Of a DNA stretch of 64,000 bases, positions 53,633 to 64,000 are shown piece after piece. A model generated the notes under the pieces. It was given only the letters and a program-made list of their open reading frames with translations, ran no database searches and had not been told where the DNA came from. The DNA comes from Octopus vulgaris (lineage: Eukaryota). How positions within the stretch are numbered: the first letter of the stretch is position 1; each line of letters opens with the position of its first letter. The position numbers and the translations under genes were made by a program. The stretch lies in NCBI GenBank assembly GCA_951406725.2, contig OX597818.1, forward strand, positions 132,618,001 through 132,682,000, given 5' to 3'.

Positions 53633-53945
53633 CATACACAAATATACATATCTATGCATGTATATATTATGTATATCTATATTTATATTTATATATATCT
53701 ATGCATACACACAAGCATACTCAAGCATATGTACATACATATATCTTGAATATTTAATTAGGGATAAGGGTTTCTACACATACAGAAGATGTTACTTCAA
53801 ATTCATTTAATAATATCACATTTATGTCAAAACATTAACAGCAGAAAATAGAGAACATAAGTGCCTAATTATATAACATAATTAGAAGATCTCTTAACTC
53901 TAGCACTTCTGAAGACTTATCTATTTATTTATATACATATACATA

Positions 53946-53985
<40 letters not shown>

Positions 53986-54197
53986 TATATCGATATTTAT
54001 ATACATACACATATATTTATATGCATACACATATATTTATATATATATGCACATATATATATATATTTATTTACATACATACACACATCTATATATATAT
54101 ATATGTGTGTGTATGTATATGTATATACATACACATATATTTATATATATGCATATATATTTATTTATTTATTTACATACATACACACATCTATATG

Positions 54198-54232
<35 letters not shown>

Positions 54233-54328
54233 TTATATATATACACACATATATGTATATTTATATGCATACACATGTTTATATATATATATATTTATTT
54301 ACATACATTCACACGTCTATATGTATAT

Positions 54329-54393
<65 letters not shown>

Positions 54394-54749
54394 ATGCATA
54401 CATATGTGTGTGTGTATATAAATATATATATGAATGGTGCACAGGCGTGCATGCTTGTTCTCTAATTCCCTTGCTGGTTAGAGTCATTAGAATGTGGGTA
54501 TATCAGGCCACTGACTTTAAGGGATTAGTTGAGTGCATAAGTTGTTTCAGTATTTATACATGTCTTCGTGAAGGCAATTACTCATATGTGTGTACACACA
54601 CATGCATTTAAAATATACCAAATATAGTTACATGCACTTACATGCATACACACAGACACACACACACATACATAGACACACACACACACAATGACTGCAA
54701 AAATTCATTTGAGAAATAAGCATAGAAATAAATTAAAAATAGATAAATA

Positions 54750-54824
54750 ATAATAATGATAATAGTGATAATAAGAAGACTAAAAACAGCAACAACAACA
54801 ACAACAACAAAGTTAATAATGATT

Positions 54825-54858
<34 letters not shown>

Positions 54859-54888
54859 GTAATAATAATAATAATAATAATAACAATG

Positions 54889-54931
<43 letters not shown>

Positions 54932-55082
54932 TAATAATAACAATAATAATAACAATAACAATAACAATAATAATAACAATGATAATAACGATGATGATAA
55001 TAATAATGATAATAATAATAATTATAATAATAATAATAATAATAATAATAGTAATAATAATAATAATAACAATGATAATAAC

Positions 55083-55117
<35 letters not shown>

Positions 55118-55171
55118 TAATAATAACAATAATAATAATAACAATGATAATAACAATAATAATAATAATGC

Positions 55172-55228
<57 letters not shown>

Positions 55229-55230
55229 TA
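54750..55230. repeat. (AAT)n microsatellite
   Basis: Directly visible. Confidence 0.95.
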
Positions 55231-55434
55231 AATTTTCAAAAACAGATGTAAAAATTCACATAAACCCATACCTATTTATCATGCATTGTTTTAGGCTTTT
55301 TTTTACCTGTTATTTTTTCTTATTAACTTTTCATTCTTGCATGTTATTTGTTCAATAAACCAATAATGATTTTTTTCATTTGTTTAATTATTTACTTTCA
55401 CTTCCCACCTACTGTAACTATTCATACATATATT

Positions 55435-55508
<74 letters not shown>

Positions 55509-55545
55509 CACACATGCACACAGACACACAGACACACACACATTA

Positions 55546-55583
<38 letters not shown>

Positions 55584-56015
55584 TTAGTTTGGAGTATATA
55601 TGACAAGAAAAATAGACCTATTTCTGAAATTAGAAGGGTTTCAATAGTGAAGGTGTTAGAATTTGCAAGTTATAGTCGAAACCTATGCCCTCTTTTCCTG
55701 TATGGTGCCAATGAGTAAGCAATTTAGGGACCTTCAGTATATATGGGTGTGTATAGATATATTGTACAAATGTAATGTAAGTGTATCTGTGTATGTATGT
55801 TTGCATGTATATATATATATATATATATATATAATGTGCATGCATAGTGTATGTACATAATCTATGCATGTAGTTATATGTATATAATGCATGGTATGTA
55901 TTTTCTTTACTCACTGAGAGATGGCAAATTATTCTATTTTAACAGATTAATAGACTTGTGTGTGTGAACCAGTGAGATATACAACTCATACCTAAAATTC
56001 CTGTTCCTATGTTCA

Positions 56016-56094
<79 letters not shown>

Positions 56095-56130
56095 ATGTAT
56101 ATTTATATAATGTATATATATACATGTCTG

Positions 56131-56167
<37 letters not shown>

Positions 56168-56171
<4 letters not shown>

Positions 56172-56599
56172 ATGAATGTTTATTGAGTGAAAACACCTAA
56201 AGCTCCACGAGGCTCTGGCAGAGGGTAGTGGTGAACCCTGCTGTACTCTTTCACCACAACTTTCTCTCACTCTTTCTTCCTGTTTCTGTTGTACCTGTGT
56301 TTCAAAGGGCCAGCCTTGTCACACTGTGTCATGCTGAATCTCCCAGAGAACTACATTAAGTGTACACGTGTCTGTGGAGTGCTCAGCCACTTGTACATTA
56401 ATAAATGAGCTGCAACGTCACTGGTGCCAAGCTGTATCGGCCTTTGCCTTTCCCTTGGATAACATTGGTGGCATGGACAGGGGAGGCCAGTATGCATGGG
56501 CGACTGCTGGTCTTCCATAAACAACCTTGCCCAGACTTGTACCTAGGAGGGTAACTTTCTAGGTGCAATTCCATGGTCATTCATGACCGAAGGGGGTCA
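56168..56599 (+). mobile_element. Chimeric SINE: family C body joined to family D 3' half
   Basis: 56168-56400 matches 12725-12950, and 56403-56599 matches 5581-5780. Confidence 0.8.
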
Positions 56600-56618
56600 T
56601 GCAATATATATGTGTGCG

Positions 56619-56715
<97 letters not shown>

Positions 56716-56744
56716 GTATATATATATGTTTACATATTTATTTT

Positions 56745-56946
56745 ATTCTTTTATGCTTCAGCCATCCTAAGGCTGCAGCCCATGCTGGAGCACCACCTTT
56801 AGTTGAACAAATTGACCCAAGGACTTATTCTTTGTAAGCTGGATACCTATTCTATTGGTCTCTTGCTGAATCACTAAGTTACAACGACTTAAGCACATCA
56901 ACATTGGTTGTCAAGCGATGGTGAGAGGACAAATAAAGACACACAC

Positions 56947-57019
<73 letters not shown>

Positions 57020-57180
57020 CAATATGACAGGCTTTTATCAGTTCCCATCTACCAAATCCATCCACAAAGCTTTGGTCGATCTGAGGCTATTGCAGAAGAC
57101 ATTTACCCAAGGTGTCATGCAGTGGGGCTGAACCCAGAACCATGTGGTTGGGAAGCAAGTTTCTTACCACACAGCTGCAC
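56745..57180 (-). mobile_element. SINE family B, diverged
   Basis: Reverse complement of family B with internal (TA)n. Confidence 0.8.
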
Positions 57181-57199
57181 TGTGCTTATATGTTTATAT

Positions 57200-57545
57200 C
57201 GGAATATGTGAAATAATTGGAGAAGGAACAACCAAAAGATTCAATAATAGGAAGGAATTGAATGTGAATGGATTGCAAAACATAAACAAATCTTATCTAC
57301 TGCATCGTATGCCACAACACAATAAAAATTACATTGGAGAAACAGGATCAAACTTAACTAGAAGAGTGACAATGCACAAACAGCAAATAAGAATTCACTT
57401 CTTAGAAATATTTCACGTAGTGAACATCTAGACATCAGGACAAAATATTTATTTTTTTCAAAATAGAAGATGAAAATAGTCAATATGAAAGGCAAAACAA
57501 GAATAAATCAGAAATAGTTAACATGATTTTTTTTAAATAATTGCC
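57200..57545 (+). pseudogene. Decayed Penelope-like GIY-YIG endonuclease
   Basis: GICEIIGEG..., TNLIYCIVC, then a frameshift to KNYIGETGSNLTRRVTMHKQQIR, then SEHLDI; this is the GIY-YIG layout with the conserved R. Confidence 0.85.
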
Positions 57546-57794
57546 TCTGTATGAATTAGCCCAGAATGTGTGTTTGGAAAGTTGAACAATGAAAGCACTT
57601 ATACACAATATACACAATTTGAAAAACTTCTTTTCAAGAGTTTCATGGTAGTCTGTTTTGAAAAACAAAATTAAATAGCTAATAATGTTAAAGCAATTCC
57701 CTCTTTAAACACTGTGACTGTTTCAAGTATTTTTTCCATAAAATTTTGAATACCTACCTATATACATACATACATCAATATACGCATCAATATA

Positions 57795-58208
57795 GGCGCA
57801 GGAGTGGCTGTGTGGTAAGTAGCTTGCTAACCAGCCACATGGTTCCGGGTTCAGTCCCACTGCGTGGCATCTTGGGCAAGTGTCTTCTGCTATAGCCCCG
57901 GACCGACCAATGCCTTGTGAGTGGATTTGGTTGATGGAAACTGAAAGAAGCCTGTCGTATATATGTACATATATATATATATATATATATGTGTGAGTGT
58001 TTGTGTATGTGTTTGTCCCCCTAGCATTGCTTGACAACCGATGCTGGTGTGTTTACATCCCTCTCACTTAGCGGTTCGGCAAAAAGAGACCGATAGAATA
58101 AGTACTGGGCTTACAAAGAATAAGTCCCGGGGTCGATTTGCTCGACTAAAGGTGGTGCTCCAGCATGGCCGCAGTCAAATGACTGAAACAAGTAAAAGAG
58201 TAAAGAGT
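57795..58208 (+). mobile_element. SINE family B, full length
   Basis: Complete family B sequence. Confidence 0.9.
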
Positions 58209-58431
58209 ATACATATGTGTGTGGGAGGGGCAAGAGAGAGAGAGAGAGTATGTGTATTTATATGTTTTTGTAAAAGGGAAGATATGCAATAAAAAGGAAG
58301 TTGTACAATTCTACATATAGTGATTTAACCAATCTTTATCATATTTCTGTCATTCACCAACCTTTTTCACCTAACTGCAGATGCACAACGTCGTTTGCTC
58401 ATGACAAACATTTATATTTAAAGACTGTATT

Positions 58432-58810
58432 AACAGTAGTCAGATTGGAAGGTCATCATAGAAGAAGAATCAGTTTGCATGGCTCTCCGTAGGACAGTGA
58501 TAAATCTGTATGATACCCACAGAGCAGTAGCCAGATTGTATGGTCAATACAGAGCTGTGATCAGGTTGTGATGTCAAAACAGTATATTTCTCAGTTTGCC
58601 TCGTCCCCAGAGAGCAGTGGTCAGTTTTTGTGATCACTACAGTACAGTGATCAGATTATGTGACCACCATAGAGCAGTGGTCAGTGTCTGCTATCATCAT
58701 GAACCAGTGGTCAGTGTATGTGATCACCTCAGAGTGGTGGCCAGATTGTATGATCACTATAGTGTAGTGGTCAGTTTGCATGTTATCATTGAAAGGTGAC
58801 CAAATTGTGT
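58432..58810. repeat. Diverged 30 bp minisatellite, about 12 units
   Basis: Consensus approximately CAGAGCAGTGGTCAGATTGTATGATCACCA with a 30 nt period. Confidence 0.8.
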
Positions 58811-59005
58811 GTTAGTTAGTTAGTTAGTTAATTTTTTGGCTCAAAAGCAAATAGCAAGGCCATGTAGGGGGGACATGGAGTTAAGAACAGTGTGGTGTTC
58901 ATGTAAAGAGTTCAGGCCACTTGAGGTCAAGGGAGGCTTTGAACAAAGCGGTCGTCGGCATCTTCACCATCTCGTCTGGCAGCTTGTTCCACGGATCCGC
59001 AACCA
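58810..59005 (-). mobile_element. CR1/L2-group LINE 3' end with (TAAC)n tail
   Basis: Minus strand translates VADPWNKLPDEMVKMPTTALFKASLDLKW (WN.LP..V......FK..LD motif), followed by a short 3' UTR and TAAC repeats. Confidence 0.85.
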
Positions 59006-60064
59006 AGCTTTTTAACCCAACAGCCTCAACTGAAGCAAGCAGAGTTGCATGCTTTAATTCAAAGTTACAACATTATAACTTAAGTGATAAAATTTGAACT
59101 CATCACAGTGTGATCAGCAGCCAAGGGACTCAAAAATTAGGAAATTGATTTACCGATTATTTTTCTTAAGTTTCTTCATTATGCATAACATTTATCCATA
59201 AAATCTCTATGCAGTTAATCTTTTATTCTCTCTAGGGCATATCTGCCTTCACTGCTTTACTCTTTTTGTTTTTGTTTTGTTTTTTTTTGTTTTTTGTTTA
59301 CTTGCTAACTCAGGTCAACATCTGAAAATATGTAAATAAATAAAAATGAATAAATGAATAAATAAATCATAGCTGATATCATTTCCTCCTATCCTGATAT
59401 CATTTTATACCTTGATATCATTGACAAGTTCCAAATTATGAGTAATAGTTTGCATCCTTTAGAACTCCAAGGAATTTCATCATTTCCTCTACTTGAATAT
59501 TCTTCTTCAAGAAGGCATGTAAAATGCCATTACCAACTCGATCTGCAAAAGGCTTTTCATAGAACTAAAACTGTAAATTATTCACTTTAATGGGTTTCCT
59601 ACCATTACTAGATTTTGCTGAAATTACAAAAAGCTGGATTAAATGCCTAACAATTTTCAATTTTATCCTGCTGTATTCTGACCATCATAAAATAAGTAAG
59701 CAGCATGTATGCACACCAGGCATGTGCTGTCAGCAATTACTCAGGGTAGGCAGTTTGTGATGTTTAAGTAGTAAAACATACACAAAAAAAAAACAAGTGA
59801 AACACAGGCATGTGACTGAGTTGTAGGCAGATTTACTTCTGCCTTTATAGCACCTAAAGTAAATGTTGTAGGAGTGTACGTAGCATGTATACTACAGCAG
59901 TCCTATGTGTAGCTTTAATACTGAGATCGAAAGGCATGGTCAAATTATGCCTACCTAATCTACAAAAAAAAAATTTGTATTTTATGCATAGTAATCAGAG
60001 TTACCTTCATAATTTTATTGAATTAGGTGCATATTTGGCCATCAAAGGAAAATATTACTATAGA

Positions 60065-60114
<50 letters not shown>

Positions 60115-60333
60115 ATAAAATATTAGGGAATAAATCCAAACTTACAGGGAAAAATCAGATTTAGGATTGAATCCAATTTTATAGTAAAATATTATATTAT
60201 AATAAATTAGAGATAAAACCACCATTAGGCAAATCAAACAATGAAAAACTTAAGCCAATATATAAAATTAATTAATTTATATTATTTTAAATATATATCA
60301 AAAGTATTAAAAGTTTAATAAAAGATAATGAGT

Positions 60334-60410
60334 AAAACACTACGATCGTTTCATGGCTGTCCAATTCGTAATAATTCGAGTTATGGTTACAGTCAATCTT
60401 CAGATAATTG
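60334..60410 (-). ncRNA. Type I hammerhead-like motif (downstream member of pair)
   Basis: Minus strand reads CTGAAGA-T TGACTGT...ACAGCCA T-GAAAC GATC GTA. Palindromic stem III ACGATCGT; stem I is weak. Confidence 0.55.
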
Positions 60411-60483
60411 AAATATTTATCTTAGCGAGGTTTATACATGAATAAATAAATAAATGGAGTTGAATGAAGATGTTAACAAAATT

Positions 60484-60577
60484 CCTTTACTCTCGACATA
60501 TGTTTCGAAGACAACATGGTTTTATTCCAAAGGAATAAACAGTGCAAGATGCAATCTTCTCATCAGGAAAGAAATGG
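60484..60577 (-). ncRNA. Type I hammerhead ribozyme with canonical core
   Basis: Minus strand reads CTTTC-CTGATGA-GAAGA...(TTTATTCC ttt GGAATAAA)...TCTTC-GAAAC ATAT GTC-GAGAG. Canonical core, GUC triplet, palindromic stem III ACATATGT. Confidence 0.75.
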
Positions 60578-60941
60578 AGCCTCTCTCAACAACAAGACAA
60601 AACAATAATTGCAATGACTACCTACATGGTAAACAAAACGATAAGCATTTAAAAAAACGTTAGTAGAATTGACGTCAATTTGTTATAACAATATATCAAG
60701 ATATATATTAAGATATATTAAATACATTATAATATAGGTTGCCATAGGAATTCAAACCAAAAAAGTAAAATTTAAAAAAGTGTAATTTCAAAACAGTGCC
60801 TAGAATTGCTAGAAATAAGAGTCAAAATTTAACTTGAACACCACACAAAACTACTAACCTCTTGCAATATTCAGGAATGCGAGCAGCAAGCCACATCTTT
60901 TTCTGGTGAGATAACCTCACAGAATGATCTATCTATATATA

Positions 60942-61165
60942 GGCGGAGAGCTGGCAGAATCGTTAGCGCACCGGGCGAAATGCGTAGCCGTATTTTGTCT
61001 GCCGTTACGTTCTGAGTTCAAATTCCGCCAAGGTCGACTTTGCCTTTCATCCTCTCGGAGTCGATAAATAAAGTACCAGTTTCGCACTGGGTCGATGTAA
61101 TCGACTTAATCCCTTTGTCTGCCCTTGTTTGTCCCCTCTATGTTTAGCCCTTGAGGGCAGTAAAG

Positions 61166-61170
<5 letters not shown>
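60942..61170 (+). mobile_element. SINE family A, full length
   Basis: Matches 4983-5212; flanked by TA repeats. Confidence 0.9.
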
Positions 61171-61217
<47 letters not shown>

Positions 61218-61700
61218 GGAGTGCAGATTTTGTTGTCTGTTTAGGTCTGTGCACTTATATACTACGTTAAATCTTTTGCAATAGATTTGTAATGGACAAC
61301 TATTCCATATTCTGAAGTTACAATTGAATCTATTTAGTTAAGTAATCCTTATATTAAGTGTATTACTATTGGCAAAATTAGAAAACCTACAAAGGATTAA
61401 ATTAGGTCCACTTGATTTGCTCTCTTCATATGTGCTATTTCCTATGCCATGAATACCATTATTATAAGTATTGGTGATTGAGAATGTAGGTGTTCCTATC
61501 CCTTGAGAGATGGTTAATCTGGTGTTGTTGTCATGGCTGATGGTTTAATTCTTATCAATGTAACTAGTACTATTGTTGTTGCTGTTATTACTACTACTAC
61601 TACTACTACTACTACTATTAGTACTATTATTAGCACCACCACTACTACTTTATCACTACTAGTAGTATTATTACAATTATTATTATTGTTATTATTATTA

Positions 61701-61771
<71 letters not shown>

Positions 61772-62204
61772 GTTATTATTATTATTATTATTGTATTGTT
61801 GTGTCTGGGGAGAGTCATTTTCTTTTTGTGCCTTTTAATGTAACTTGCTCACCGGTAAAATTTCCACCTATTTCTTATTTTTATTTTCCTAAAATTTTTG
61901 TTGCGTCTTGCAACCTTTTCAACAGTCAAGACTATTGAAAAGATTGCAAAACACAACAGAAATATGCTTCAACACACGAACTCATATAAAGAATCTTGCA
62001 AACCAAATCCAAAAACGAAATTATTATTGTTTATTATTATAATTATCATCATCATCATCATTACTATTCACCTTATATGTGGTCGGCTAATGATGACAGT
62101 TAAATTTGCACTTATTTGATGCAGTTATAATTGATGTAATATTAGTTGTAGTGAAATAGGATAATTAAAGTGTGGGATAAGTTAAAACGTAAATATATAT
62201 GCAT

Positions 62205-62205
<1 letters not shown>

Positions 62206-62240
<35 letters not shown>

Positions 62241-62612
62241 GTTTAACGTCCGTTCTCCATGCTAGCATGGGTTGGACGGATCGACCGAGGATCTGGGAAG
62301 CCAGAAGGCTGCACCAGGCTCCAGTCTGATCTGGCAGTGTTTCTACAGCTGGATGCCCTTCCTAACGCCAACCACTCCATGAGTGTAGTGGGTGCTTTTT
62401 ACGTGCCACCTGCACAGGTGCCAGGCGAGGCTGGCAACGGCCACGGTTGGATTGGTGTATTTTACATGCCACCGGCACGGAAGCCAGTCGAGCCGGCACT
62501 GGCATTGGCCACGATTCGGATGGTGCTTTTTACGTGCCACCCGCACGGAAGCCAGTCGAGGTGACGCTGGCATCGGCCACGATTTGGCATCGGCCACGAT
62601 TGGCATCGGCCA
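62206..62612 (-). mobile_element. RTE-related short retroposon (family E)
   Basis: Near-identical to 46997-47340, with repeated TTTTAC(G/A)TGCCACC submotifs and tandem GGCATCGGCCA repeats. Confidence 0.8.
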
Positions 62613-63884
62613 TATGTATATATACATATTTATATGGATATATATTCATACATATATCTTCATACATATATATATACCATTCATGCATTTTCTATTGGTT
62701 CCTTCTTTTGCCAAAATGCTAAATTACAAGAACATGAACAAACCAACGCTGATCGTCAAGTGGTGAATGGCAAGTACAAAGACATGATTTGCATGCATGC
62801 ATGCATGCACATACACATGCATACATACATACATACCCACTCACACATATTGTATATCTTTTTTTCTCTTTTTTTCTTTCATAATGTTGAGGTCATTCAA
62901 TATTAGCATTGGTCAACAGCTAGTTCAAATTACATGGAGCAAACAACTGTTTCATATTAAAAGACTGTAAAAATAAATGAAAGATTTTTCTGTCAGAAAT
63001 AATCACATCGGAGAACATAGAATTAGATGTTTATCATTAAGAATTTATGTAAATTAGATACATTATTGCTGTTTTATTTCAAAATATCAAGAAAGTGTCT
63101 CTGCAAGTGTTTACTGCATAAAATACTGTAATTTTATCAGGTTTTTATTAACCTTGAATAATTAAATATCTTTTGTCAGACATTGAAGTTATTCAGAGAA
63201 AATTCTGATGTATTAAATTTTACGAAAAGACATTTTCTAAAATGTCTTCAGAATATGAGAATATATGTAACGCTGTGATTATATTTTTAGAATTTATACT
63301 TGGTGGTTTGGAATCAAGAACTTGGTTTTGATTTTCAGTTAAAAAAAAAAGAAACCAAAAAAATAGTTGCATTTGTAGAACTAATACTTCTGGACAGAAT
63401 AAGCATGAATGCAAAAACTTCCAAAATTCTTTCTTTTGTAATTTCAAGATCTTCTGCCTAATTAAGGATATAATTTAAGATGTAGAGCAGTTGTTTGATG
63501 TGCAATTTTTAATTGCTTCATCCATATTAATCAAGAACTTCCCTGGAATTTAAAGATCGTTCAATGTCCCAAGTTAATCTAAGAAAATCTCTTTGCATTG
63601 GTGGCATGTTAAGCCTTGAAATTATTGCTGCATATTTTGGAACTGTTTCTATACTAAATATTTTATTGTAAGTTGACATTGTAGTAAAGATACATGTGTC
63701 TGCTGTCAACTAAATAAATAATTGCTGAGATAACAATAAAACTTTTTCACTATGCTTTTAAAAAAGTATAAAAAACCAGTAATTACACCAGGCATGGCTG
63801 TATGGTTTAGAAGTTTAGAAGTTAGAACCACATGGTTTCAGATGCAGTACCTCAGGCCTTGTGAGTGTACACACACACACACAG

Positions 63885-63923
<39 letters not shown>

Positions 63924-64000
63924 GTTTAATGCCTGCTTTCGATGTTGGCACGGGTTAAACAGTTATACAGAACTGATAAGCCAGATGGCTGTGCCAGGTT

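Overview
Very AT-rich, repeat-saturated eukaryotic DNA. The SINE families, (TA)n/(CA)n/(TAGA)n tracts and long trinucleotide fields match what I recognise as octopus (coleoid cephalopod) genomic DNA; this is by recognition only, no search was run. No intact protein-coding gene can be supported, and almost all listed ORFs are microsatellite translations. The window holds dozens of copies of four tRNA-derived SINE families (called A-D here) plus an RTE-related short retroposon (E), many with target-site duplications. It also holds decayed LINE pieces (RTE RT and C-terminus, a CR1-like 3' end), Penelope-like (PLE) RT and GIY-YIG remnants, a non-autonomous Helitron, piggyBac- and hAT-type MITEs, and a ~13 kb trinucleotide mosaic (28-41 kb). 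The most interesting hidden signal is a set of minimal type I hammerhead ribozyme motifs, most with palindromic stem III and several with non-canonical cores. They sit in short repeats mostly abutting (TA)n tracts, including a tandem pair at 60.3-60.6 kb and one bracketed by ~52 bp inverted repeats. Other observations are a TSD-flanked SINE tetramer, modular SINE tail swapping, a filled/empty insertion-site pair, cryptic motif-plus-spacer arrays in the GGT fields, and candidate minus-strand exons in a SINE-poor zone.
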